Assembly: GCA_012490745.1 (NCBI GenBank)
Contig: GCA_012490745.1_3925.1
From: a phage
DNA length: 64,000 bases
Reading direction: 5' to 3' (one strand)
The notes beneath the pieces are model-generated. The model was given only the letters and a program-made list of their open reading frames with translations, had not been told where the DNA came from and ran no database searches. Of the stretch, positions 26,642-43,572 are shown one piece after another; position 1 is the first letter of the stretch, and each line of letters starts with the position of its first letter. Both the position numbers and the translations under genes were made by a program.

Positions 26642-26973
26642 TGGGAACATTAACTATTGATGGTAAGAATAAAATCCTCGCCACGCTAAACCCAACGACT
26701 ATTATTTTACACAATGTAGACCCAACGGCAGACCCTACAGCAAATAAGGTTACTCAGCCAGTGGCTATTTATTTTTCTGAACCGGATAATGGCTTAATTG
26801 CCTCAGAAGACACAGTTAATATTACTGTTCCAGCTTCTGCAACGGTCTCACACTATAGCTTGTGGGATGCTAACGATAAATGCGTGGCAACTGGTGCTCT
26901 TAGCAAACCTCAATTCTTTGCTGAAGAAGGTATCTATGTTATCTCTTCAGTCTCTGTAGATTTAAACAAATAG
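26641..26973 (+). CDS. hypothetical head-module protein (110 aa)
   Basis: ORF, translationally coupled. Confidence 0.45.
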   Translation: MGTLTIDGKNKILATLNPTTIILHNVDPTADPTANKVTQPVAIYFSEPDNGLIASEDTVNITVPASATVSHYSLWDANDKCVATGALSKPQFFAEEGIYVISSVSVDLNK

Positions 26974-26984
26974 GGTGAGTAAAA

Positions 26985-28331
26985 ATGAGTTCGAATATCT
27001 TCAGACTTGCTGATAGATTATTCAACCAACCTTTACTAGCCACTGAATCATTAGCTCACTCAGCAGCAACTTATGTGAATAACAGATTGCTGGGTGATGT
27101 CCAAGCAGCAGTAAACTTTGATAAACCCAAAGGTGATGCAAGAAGTCTTTTAAAAGTAAAAGATGACATTGCTATTATCCCTATTATGGGTGGTTTAACC
27201 CATCGTATGACATTCATTGATGCAATGTGTACAGGTGGTCTAAGCTCTTATGAAGGTTTACGTAGAGGCTTTGATGAAGCTTTAGCAGATGAGTCAATTA
27301 AGACTATTGTTCTGCATATTGATTCTGGTGGTGGTGAAGCTTCAGGTTGCTTTGAATTAGCACGTCACATCATGGCTTCAAGAGGCCAAAAGAAAATTAT
27401 TGCTTATGTAGATGAGTTCGCTTGTTCCGCTGCATATGCTCTTGCATCTTCTGCTGAAGAAATTATTGCATCACCAGATGCAGATGTTGGTTCTATCGGT
27501 GTAATCATGGTTCATCAGGAATTAACTAAGGCATTTGAAAAGAATGGCGTAACAATTAACGTCATCAAAGCTGGTGAGTTTAAAGGTATGGGTTCACCAT
27601 TCCAAGCACTTTCAGAAGAAAGCAAAGAAAGACTTCAAAAGAGAATTAATGATACCTACTCAACCTTTACAGGCTTTGTAGCTGAATCGCGTAATCTCTC
27701 TGAAGAAGCTGTAAAGAATACTGAGGCGAATGTTTATTCTGCTCAGGAAGCTCTTGAACTTGGTTTAATTAACTCAATCATGTCTCAAGATGATTTCTTA
27801 AATTACTTACAAGGTTCTGAAGAGGCTCCTGTAAGTTTAAACGTTAACAATTCAGGTGAAGAAATGACTGAACAAGAAAAGCAAGAACTAGAAGCTTTGC
27901 GTCTTCAGGTTGCTCAAATGAAAGCTAAAGAACAGGAAGCTGCTTTGTCAGATTTGACTAATAAGATTTCTGCTTCTGCTGAAGCTTTTGGGTTTGATGC
28001 AAAAGAAGCTGCAACGACTATTTTAGGTGCTGGTCTTGATAACCCTCTGAGCGTTCTGTTTATGAATGCTATGGAAGGTGCTAACCAGAAACTTAATGAA
28101 ACTATCGCGTCCCATGCTTCTGCAATGGAAGAAAAAGAATCAGAAATTACCAAGCTGAAAGAAACTGCTGGTGCTGTTCTTGAACATTCTAATGCTATGG
28201 AAGAAATGGGTAATGACGGCGAAGCTGATTTGGTTGAAGAAGAAAAAGAACCAGCTAAGAATGCTTCCGAAGACACCGCTGAACAACGCAAACTGGCTCT
28301 CCAGAATGCTCTAAAATCTCTTATCAAATAA
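26985..28331 (+). CDS. prohead protease, S49 (ClpP-like) family, fused to a C-terminal coiled-coil scaffold-like domain (448 aa)
   Basis: S49-like core (IVLHIDSGGGEASG ... AYVDEFACSAAYALASSA ... GSIGVIMVHQ); Glu/Ala/Lys-rich helical C-terminal half. Confidence 0.75.
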   Translation: MSSNIFRLADRLFNQPLLATESLAHSAATYVNNRLLGDVQAAVNFDKPKGDARSLLKVKDDIAIIPIMGGLTHRMTFIDAMCTGGLSSYEGLRRGFDEALADESIKTIVLHIDSGGGEASGCFELARHIMASRGQKKIIAYVDEFACSAAYALASSAEEIIASPDADVGSIGVIMVHQELTKAFEKNGVTINVIKAGEFKGMGSPFQALSEESKERLQKRINDTYSTFTGFVAESRNLSEEAVKNTEANVYSAQEALELGLINSIMSQDDFLNYLQGSEEAPVSLNVNNSGEEMTEQEKQELEALRLQVAQMKAKEQEAALSDLTNKISASAEAFGFDAKEAATTILGAGLDNPLSVLFMNAMEGANQKLNETIASHASAMEEKESEITKLKETAGAVLEHSNAMEEMGNDGEADLVEEEKEPAKNASEDTAEQRKLALQNALKSLIK

Positions 28332-28342
28332 GGAACACAATA

Positions 28343-28720
28343 ATGGCATATGAAGGTTTTACTCACTTAGGTAAAAGAGAACCTCTGAATGATATCATTC
28401 TTTGGGAACAGGTTACCCCAACAGGTCACTCTCGCAAAGAGTACACTCCAGTTGCTTCAACAGAATACCGTGTAGGTGAAGTCCTGAAAGCAGATGGTAC
28501 TAAAGTTGCAGCAGGGGAAGAAGCTCAGGCTGATTCTGTATGTATCGTTAACTTTTATGCAGACCTGCAACTGTCTTACCACGGTCAGTTGAAAGTCGTT
28601 GGTATTTACCGCGACGCAGAACTGAAAGACATGCTTACTCTTGAGTCTGGTGTTAATGCTGAGAACGTCAAGAAAGCTCTGGCTGCTAAAGGTATTGATT
28701 TCGTACCAACTGGCCTGTAA
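28343..28720 (+). CDS. putative head decoration protein (125 aa)
   Basis: Small protein between protease and major capsid gene; strong SD. Confidence 0.45.
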   Translation: MAYEGFTHLGKREPLNDIILWEQVTPTGHSRKEYTPVASTEYRVGEVLKADGTKVAAGEEAQADSVCIVNFYADLQLSYHGQLKVVGIYRDAELKDMLTLESGVNAENVKKALAAKGIDFVPTGL

Positions 28721-28753
28721 TAACAATAATAAGACATTCTGGAGAATTTTACA

Positions 28754-29860
28754 ATGTTGACTAATTCTGAAAAAAGCAGATTTTTCCTTGCTGACCTGAC
28801 TGGTGAAGTCCAGTCTATCCCAAATACTTATGGGTATATTTCCAACTTAGGTCTGTTCCGTTCAGCACCAATCACCCAAACTACTTTCCTTATGGACTTG
28901 ACTGATTGGGATGTTAGCTTGCTTGATGCGGTAGACCGTGATAGCCGTAAAGCAGAGACTAGCGCACCTGAGCGTGTTCGTCAAATCAGCTTCCCAATGA
29001 TGTACTTCAAAGAAGTTGAAAGCATCACTCCTGATGAAATTCAGGGTGTACGTCAGCCAGGCACTGCAAACGAACTGACTACTGAAGCTGTAGTACGTGC
29101 TAAGAAGCTGATGAAGATTCGTACCAAGTTCGATATTACTCGTGAGTTCCTGTTTATGCAAGCTCTGAAGGGTAAAGTTGTTGATGCTCGTGGTACTCTG
29201 TACGCTGACCTGTACAAGCAGTTCGACGTTGAGAAGAAGACTGTTTACTTCGACCTTGACAACCCTAATGCTGACATCGACGCTTCTATTGAAGAACTGC
29301 GTATGCACATGGAAGACGAAGCTAAGACTGGCACTGTAATCAACGGTGAAGAAATTCACGTAGTTGTTGACCGTGTGTTCTTCAGCAAACTGGTTAAGCA
29401 TCCTAAGATTCGTGACGCTTATCTTGCACAGCAGACTCCACTGGCTTGGCAGCAGATTACTGGTTCTCTGAGAACTGGTGGTACTGACGGCGTTCAGGCC
29501 CACATGAACACTTTCTACTACGGTGGTGTTAAGTTTGTCCAGTACAACGGTAAGTTCAAAGACAAGCGTGGTAAGGTTCACACTCTGGTGAGCATTGATG
29601 GTGCAGCAGCAACTGTTGGTGTTGGTCATGCTTTCCCTAACGTTTCTATGCTGGGTGAAGCAAACAACATCTTCGAAGTTGCATATGGTCCATGTCCTAA
29701 GATGGGTTATGCAAATACACTTGGTCAGGAACTGTACGTATTCGAATACGAAAAAGACCGTGACGAAGGTATCGACTTTGAAGCTCACTCTTACATGCTG
29801 CCATACTGTACTCGTCCTCAGTTGCTGGTAGACGTTCGTTCTGACGCTAAACCAGACTAA
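28754..29860 (+). CDS. major capsid protein (368 aa)
   Basis: Position after protease/decoration, size, SD GGAG, strongly biased codon use typical of highly expressed genes. Confidence 0.75.
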   Translation: MLTNSEKSRFFLADLTGEVQSIPNTYGYISNLGLFRSAPITQTTFLMDLTDWDVSLLDAVDRDSRKAETSAPERVRQISFPMMYFKEVESITPDEIQGVRQPGTANELTTEAVVRAKKLMKIRTKFDITREFLFMQALKGKVVDARGTLYADLYKQFDVEKKTVYFDLDNPNADIDASIEELRMHMEDEAKTGTVINGEEIHVVVDRVFFSKLVKHPKIRDAYLAQQTPLAWQQITGSLRTGGTDGVQAHMNTFYYGGVKFVQYNGKFKDKRGKVHTLVSIDGAAATVGVGHAFPNVSMLGEANNIFEVAYGPCPKMGYANTLGQELYVFEYEKDRDEGIDFEAHSYMLPYCTRPQLLVDVRSDAKPD

Positions 29861-29881
29861 TATTCTTAAGGAGGGTTATAA

Positions 29882-30331
29882 ATGTGCTATACAGGCGACC
29901 CAGCCAATAACCCTCTTGATAGAGTAAGAATCCTCTGCACAGACACCAATAATGATGAAATTCTTATTGAACAGTCTGTGCTAGAGTGGTTCTATCTAGA
30001 ATCTGGAAAGGATGAAAAGAAAGCAGCCATCAAAGCTCTTAAATATTTACTCTTTCAAGTAGCCAAGATGGGAGATGAGAAAGTTGGTGGTGTCTATTTA
30101 CGTAACTCTTCCAGATTCAAATCTCTGAAAGCTGTTTATGACGACCTTGTTAAAAGCTCTGTTTCAGGACTACCCTATGCAGGTGGTATTAATCAGTGTG
30201 ATATTGACATGCGTCGTCAGAATCCTTGCTCTGTCAAGAAATACACAGAATATGGTGATGCTGCCAGATACGAAGGCAGAGATTACTGCAACCGTGTTAA
30301 TGGCGTATTTATTATCGAGCGAGATGAATAA
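29882..30331 (+). CDS. hypothetical neck/head-completion protein (149 aa)
   Basis: ORF with SD aGGAGGg in the head-tail joining region. Confidence 0.45.
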   Translation: MCYTGDPANNPLDRVRILCTDTNNDEILIEQSVLEWFYLESGKDEKKAAIKALKYLLFQVAKMGDEKVGGVYLRNSSRFKSLKAVYDDLVKSSVSGLPYAGGINQCDIDMRRQNPCSVKKYTEYGDAARYEGRDYCNRVNGVFIIERDE

Positions 30332-30813
30332 TGGTTAAAAGGGTTATTCACCCCGCTAGAGCAAAATTAGTCGGGGCTATGAAGAACTTGCAAACGGCTA
30401 ATGCTCAAGTTGGGTATTTTCAAGAACAAGGTCAACATAGCTCTGGTTTTTCTTATCCTGCTTTAATGTATTTACAAGAAGTTATTGGGGTTCCTTCAGC
30501 TTCTGGTAAAGTATATCGTAGGTTGTTTGAAATCACTATGATGCTAAACAAACAGACCTTGTTAGAGCAGACTAAGAAGAATCTATATAAGCAACTTAGC
30601 AGTCTCAACACAGACCCTTCAAATACCTTAGAAGCATTTGCAAAGAATGCTCAAAAGGCAATTAAAAGGGGTTTTGGTAATTCTGCTATCCTCCCTCCTA
30701 ACGCACCTTCCACAGTCAAGAAAAAAGGCTTTAATGCACCTCTTGTTGAGACAGGTGACTTAAGGGATAACCTTGCTTATAAAATTTCTACTAAGAAGGG
30801 TATTAAGAAATGA
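30331..30813 (+). CDS. hypothetical neck protein (160 aa)
   Basis: ORF, ATGA overlap. Confidence 0.45.
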   Translation: MVKRVIHPARAKLVGAMKNLQTANAQVGYFQEQGQHSSGFSYPALMYLQEVIGVPSASGKVYRRLFEITMMLNKQTLLEQTKKNLYKQLSSLNTDPSNTLEAFAKNAQKAIKRGFGNSAILPPNAPSTVKKKGFNAPLVETGDLRDNLAYKISTKKGIKK

Positions 30814-31211
30814 GACTCTTAAACAGACACAGCTTTGTAGTAAAGCGTAAAGTCTCTGAAGACGGTTATTATAATGATGATGGTGATTGGGTAGCTTCGC
30901 AAGATATTGTAGAGGTCAACTGTAAAGGTAATATCCAGCCATATATCAAAGGTTCTGTAAAGAATGGTACACAGATTGCTTTACCGGAAGGTATTAGGCT
31001 TACTGATACAAGAATCCTGTATACCACATATAAGCTTAGAACTTCAGATGATGTAGAGTGGAATGAGTCTGACATTGTTATGATTGATGGTCATGAGTAT
31101 GAAGTATTTATGACTATGGATTGGTCACAGCAATTAGCCCATACGTCCCATTATGAATATATCATTATTAGAAGGGATAAAATGAATGCAGTTAGAAACA
31201 GCAGAACTTGA
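30810..31211 (+). CDS. hypothetical neck/tail-completion protein (133 aa)
   Basis: ORF, overlap-coupled. Confidence 0.45.
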   Translation: MRLLNRHSFVVKRKVSEDGYYNDDGDWVASQDIVEVNCKGNIQPYIKGSVKNGTQIALPEGIRLTDTRILYTTYKLRTSDDVEWNESDIVMIDGHEYEVFMTMDWSQQLAHTSHYEYIIIRRDKMNAVRNSRT

Positions 31212-31785
31212 AAAAGGTCTAGTTAGAACCTTAGTGGATGTTATTGGTCACAGACTAGCTCGTGATAAGAATAATAGACCAAATGTAATTAGAGCTTACC
31301 CTTCTGATAACTCAAATGACAAAGGTTTAAAACCTGACCAGCCATTTATCACCGTATACTGTCAAGATGCTGCAACACCTTATGGTTGGGTTCTTGATAA
31401 GTTTGTTGAGGATGATGTAGTTTGCTACAGAATTGCTTTTCAGATTCCAGTGTTAATTACGGTGAATGGTAAAGGTGCTCACAGTATTATGCTTGAGCTT
31501 AAACAACGATTAGAGATGAGTTCAGTCAGAGATTTAATCCTTGAAGAAACAGGAGCTACAGTACTGGACACTGGAGCAATCCCAAATGATTACACTTATC
31601 TCAATACAGATTTCGAAAATTCTGCACCTCTTGTTGTAACTCTTGTAAAAAACTCAGTCCTGAAAGATGAACGTGGAAGTATTATTGAGCGTGTCATTGT
31701 TGATGGTGAGTTAGTTTATGAAGAAGGACAAGAGCCACCAGAATATACTATCCATCTAGATGTAGACTCCAAAGGGGTAAAATAA
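31186..31785 (+). CDS. hypothetical tail-completion protein (199 aa)
   Basis: ORF. Confidence 0.45.
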   Translation: MQLETAELEKGLVRTLVDVIGHRLARDKNNRPNVIRAYPSDNSNDKGLKPDQPFITVYCQDAATPYGWVLDKFVEDDVVCYRIAFQIPVLITVNGKGAHSIMLELKQRLEMSSVRDLILEETGATVLDTGAIPNDYTYLNTDFENSAPLVVTLVKNSVLKDERGSIIERVIVDGELVYEEGQEPPEYTIHLDVDSKGVK

Positions 31786-33138
31786 ATGTGGAATCCAATT
31801 GTTAATGTAGATATTACATTGAACACCGCAGGAACTACAAGAGAAGGTTTTGGTTTGCCACTATTCTTAGCTTCAACAGATAACTTTGAAGAAAGAGTCC
31901 GTGGTTACACTTCCTTAACTGAAGTTGCTGAAGATTTCGATGAAAACTCTGCTGCATATAAGGCTGCTAAACAACTTTGGAGTCAGACTCCTAAAGTAAC
32001 TCAGCTTTATATTGGTAGACGTGCTATGCAGTACACTGTATCAATTCCTGATGCCGTTACCAAAAGTACAGACTACTCAATTACTGTAGCTGCTGGCGGT
32101 GGAATTTCTCAACCATACCAGTACACAGCACAAGACTCAGACACTGCTGAGGTAGTGTTGCAACAGTTTAAAACACAGATTGAAGCTGACCCAACAATCA
32201 AAGATAAGGTTTCTGTGAATGTAACTGGTAGCAATGGCTCTGCCACAATGATTATTACCAAAGCTGGTGATAATGACTTTGTGAAAGTAACAACCACAGC
32301 ACAGACTGTATACATTGCAAGTACAACTGCCGATACAGCATCAACTGCTCTGGCAGCTATCGAAGCTTATTCTACTGACTGGTATTTCATTGCAGCAGAA
32401 GACAGAACTCAACAGTTTGTCTTAGCAATGGCTTCTGAGATTCAGGCTCGCAAGAAAATCTTCTTTACGGCTAACTCAGATGTAGCAGCACTGCAAGGCA
32501 CAGAATTAGCCAGTGCAAATGATGTTCCAGCACAGCTTGCTAAGAATATGTACACTCGTACAGTTTGCTTGTGGCATCACACAGCAGCAGAAGATTATCC
32601 AGAGATGGCATACATTGCTTATGGTGCTCCATATGACGCAGGTTCGATTGCTTGGGGTAATGCTCAGCTAACTGGTGTAGCAGCTTCTCTACAACCATCT
32701 AATCAGAGGCCTCTGACAAGTATTCAGAAGTCTGCTTTAGATGCACGTCACTGTAACTTTATTGACCTTGATGGTGGTGTTCCAGTGGTTCGTAGAGGGA
32801 TTACTTCTGGTGGGGAATGGATTGATATCATCCGTGGTGTTGACTGGTTAGAATCAGACCTGAAAACTTCTCTGAGAGACTTGCTAATTAACCAGAAGGG
32901 TGGTAAGATTACTTATGATGATACTGGTATTACTCGTATTCGTCAAGTCATTGAAACCTCTCTGCAAAGAGCAGTCAACAGAAACTTCCTGTCATCTTAC
33001 ACAGTTAATGTTCCTAAAGCCTCTCAAGTTGCTTTAGCAGACAAGAAAGCACGTATCCTGAAAGACGTTACCTTCGCAGGTATCTTAGCAGGGGCTATCT
33101 TGGATGTTGACTTGAAAGGTACAGTGGCTTACGAATAA
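31786..33138 (+). CDS. putative tail sheath protein (450 aa)
   Basis: Synteny: ~450-aa gene followed by ~150-aa gene, chaperones and tape measure; contractile-tail inference. Confidence 0.45.
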   Translation: MWNPIVNVDITLNTAGTTREGFGLPLFLASTDNFEERVRGYTSLTEVAEDFDENSAAYKAAKQLWSQTPKVTQLYIGRRAMQYTVSIPDAVTKSTDYSITVAAGGGISQPYQYTAQDSDTAEVVLQQFKTQIEADPTIKDKVSVNVTGSNGSATMIITKAGDNDFVKVTTTAQTVYIASTTADTASTALAAIEAYSTDWYFIAAEDRTQQFVLAMASEIQARKKIFFTANSDVAALQGTELASANDVPAQLAKNMYTRTVCLWHHTAAEDYPEMAYIAYGAPYDAGSIAWGNAQLTGVAASLQPSNQRPLTSIQKSALDARHCNFIDLDGGVPVVRRGITSGGEWIDIIRGVDWLESDLKTSLRDLLINQKGGKITYDDTGITRIRQVIETSLQRAVNRNFLSSYTVNVPKASQVALADKKARILKDVTFAGILAGAILDVDLKGTVAYE

Positions 33139-33153
33139 TAGAGGTAAATTGGA

Positions 33154-33600
33154 ATGGCTATGTATCAGCAATATTCCCCTAAAGACGTTGTATGTAGCTG
33201 GAATGGTATTGCCATTGAAGGCTTTGCCCCAGATTCATTCTTGCGTCTACAGAGAACATCACCACTTGTGACACCAGTTGTTGGTGCAGGTGGTCAAGTT
33301 GCTCTGACAAGAAATGCAGACAAGACAGGTACTATTGAGATTGAGTTAATGCAGACTTCTCTCTCTAACCAGATGCTTTCTGCAATTCAAGCTAAACAAG
33401 ACAATATGGAACTTGAAGAAGATATCTCTTCTAACTTCGTAATCTACGACCCATCAGGCTCTGTTCTGGCAACTGGTATTAATGCTTGGTTGCAGGAATT
33501 ACCGCAGATTGAACTTGGTCGTGACCAGAACTCTAAAACTTGGATTTTTGGTTGTGAGAAGCTAGACTACACTTCTACAATTCCAGCGTCAAGTGTTTAA
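33154..33600 (+). CDS. putative tail tube protein (148 aa)
   Basis: Size and position; followed by a strong terminator. Confidence 0.45.
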   Translation: MAMYQQYSPKDVVCSWNGIAIEGFAPDSFLRLQRTSPLVTPVVGAGGQVALTRNADKTGTIEIELMQTSLSNQMLSAIQAKQDNMELEEDISSNFVIYDPSGSVLATGINAWLQELPQIELGRDQNSKTWIFGCEKLDYTSTIPASSV

Positions 33601-33612
33601 TAAATCCTATAA

Positions 33613-33645
33613 GGGGGAGACTTTAAAAGGTCTTCCCCTTTTTTG
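33613..33645 (+). terminator. Rho-independent terminator (gggggagac-tttaaaag-gtcttcccc + tttttt)
   Basis: 9-bp GC-rich stem plus T run after the tube gene. Confidence 0.65.
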
Positions 33646-33673
33646 TTTCTTTTAAAAGTATTAAGGAATCACA

Positions 33674-34072
33674 ATGAAAACAGAATCTAGAGTAATTAAT
33701 GGTAAGAAAGTAAATATCGTTCTGCTTGGGGCAAGAGATGGTATTAAGATGTCTATGAAGTTGGGTAAAATTGTTGTTCCAACCTTTGCACAGATGCTAT
33801 CAAGTCTGACTGACAAGGGTAAGAAGGAAGCTCCAATGGTTCCATTTAAAGAGCTTGTTGAAGCTTGTTTTGACAGAATTGAAGAAATTAACCTTGAAGA
33901 GATGGCTACCTTATTATTTCAAGGGGCAACTGTTGATGACTTCCCACTTAATATTGATACATACTTCCAAGCAAACTATGGTGAATTTATTGATTACTTA
34001 GCATTTGCGCTGGAGGCAAACTTCGGAAGTTTTTTCGAAGCAAGCATTTTCAAAAGCCTAACTTCTCAGTAA
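33674..34072 (+). CDS. tail assembly chaperone (132 aa), upstream frame of a putative -1 frameshift pair
   Basis: Immediately upstream of the tape measure gene; slippery heptamer T_TTT_TTC at 34030-34036. Confidence 0.6.
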   Translation: MKTESRVINGKKVNIVLLGARDGIKMSMKLGKIVVPTFAQMLSSLTDKGKKEAPMVPFKELVEACFDRIEEINLEEMATLLFQGATVDDFPLNIDTYFQANYGEFIDYLAFALEANFGSFFEASIFKSLTSQ

Positions 34073-34313
34073 ACATGGGTAACACTCTACAGACACCACT
34101 AACTGATGCTGCTGTAGAGGCAACCTATGAAGAAGCAGACGAGATGAAATTTGTGCTTGCTATTTATGGTATGGAAGGGTGTAAAGAAACACTTGACCAA
34201 CTCTTTGCTATGACATTCTCTGATTTATTATCATTGAGACAATTTCTTGAAATTCAGAGGTCGTATAAAGAGGAAATTGCTTACAACGAACTTAGAAGAG
34301 CAGGAAAAATGTA

Positions 34314-34314
<1 letters not shown>
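34030..34314 (+). CDS. frameshift extension of the tail assembly chaperone (-1 frame; the ORF track shows it as 34075-34314)
   Basis: The -1 frame is open from 34003 through 34314 and overlaps the 3' end of 33674-34072; stop overlaps the tape measure ATG. Confidence 0.5.
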
Positions 34315-42336
<8,022 letters not shown>

Positions 42337-42338
42337 TA

Positions 42339-43526
42339 ATGGCAGTAGGTGAAATTCAAATTAGTGCCTTGCCTCAAGCAGCCTTACCAATTGACCTTAG
42401 TGATATCTTCCATCTTAAACAAGGTATTGAGGATAAGAGATGCACTCTTGAGCAATTACTTGCTCCACACTCAAGCCTAAGAAATAACCCTCATGGTGTT
42501 ACTAAAACACAAATTGGTTTAGATAACGTTATCAATGCTCTTCAGTTAGTTGCTGCAAATAACTTATCAGACGTTACTAATGTAGCTCAGGCAAGAGCAA
42601 ATCTACAGATTATGTCTTCAGAAGAGGTTAATAATCTTGTTCAACAGCATATTCAGGACAAGAGCAACCCACATAATACAACTAAGGCACAGGTAGGATT
42701 GAGTAATGTTCAGAACTGGACAACATCTAACCTTTATAACGAAGATGCAGATAAGTATGCTACAGCAAGAGCAGTAAATAACTTGTACAAGGCTGTTCAG
42801 GCTTCTTATCCAGTAGGTACTATCCATCTTTCCATGAACTCTGCAAACCCTTCTACGTATTTAATTTGTGGAGGAACTTGGGAGTTAGTTTCAAAAGGTA
42901 GAGCATTGGTTGGTTATGACTCTGACACAAGACCAGCAGGTTCTGTATTTGGTGCTTCAACTGTCACTTTGTCAGTTAATAACATGCCTCAACACTCTCA
43001 CTCTGTGTCTCTTAGTGGTGGTGGTCATACTCATAATGCAACGGTGTCAATTTCAGCTTTTGACTATGGGACTAAGACTACCAACTCTTTTGACTATGGA
43101 ACTAAGACCACTAACACAACTGGTAACCACAACCATGTTGGTAGTGGGTCAACAAGTTCTGCTGGTGCTCATAACCACAGATTGACCTATGAATCAGGTG
43201 GTGGTTTATCGGAAAGACCTGCAATGGTTTGGTCTTCAAGGAATGACCAATCATGGTACTCAGCAGATGCTGTCTGTGAAGTAGCTGGTGCACACACTCA
43301 CTCTTTCAGTGTTACCACTAACACAACTGGTAACCACAACCATACGGTTGGTATTGGTGCTCATAGCCACACAGTTGGTATTGGTTCGCATACACATAAT
43401 GGTACTGTAACAGTTTCTTCTTCTGAACATACGCATAGCGGGAACACTAATAGTGTTGGTGGTGGACAAGCTTTCAATATTGAGCAGCCATCCTTCGTAC
43501 TGTATGTATGGCAGAGAACGGCTTAA
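42339..43526 (+). CDS. tail fiber protein with C-terminal His-x-His repeat tip domain (395 aa)
   Basis: Repeated HSHS/HTHN/HNHV/HTHS/HSHT motifs, duplicated FDYGTKTTN; C-terminal module shared with 43573-45951. Confidence 0.7.
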   Translation: MAVGEIQISALPQAALPIDLSDIFHLKQGIEDKRCTLEQLLAPHSSLRNNPHGVTKTQIGLDNVINALQLVAANNLSDVTNVAQARANLQIMSSEEVNNLVQQHIQDKSNPHNTTKAQVGLSNVQNWTTSNLYNEDADKYATARAVNNLYKAVQASYPVGTIHLSMNSANPSTYLICGGTWELVSKGRALVGYDSDTRPAGSVFGASTVTLSVNNMPQHSHSVSLSGGGHTHNATVSISAFDYGTKTTNSFDYGTKTTNTTGNHNHVGSGSTSSAGAHNHRLTYESGGGLSERPAMVWSSRNDQSWYSADAVCEVAGAHTHSFSVTTNTTGNHNHTVGIGAHSHTVGIGSHTHNGTVTVSSSEHTHSGNTNSVGGGQAFNIEQPSFVLYVWQRTA

Positions 43527-43572
43527 TTTCTTTACAGGGGCTTTATAGCCCCTTTTAAGAGGAAAATTTATA

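Noticed and set aside
28862-29788. 308-aa minus-strand ORF
   Set aside because: Entirely antisense to the well-supported major capsid gene; low-complexity composition, no RBS; a by-product of codon bias on the coding strand.
42910-43469. Short ORFs inside the first tail fiber gene (42910-43185 plus, 43111-43293 and 43260-43469 minus)
   Set aside because: Alternative-frame artefacts created by the repetitive His-x-His coding sequence.
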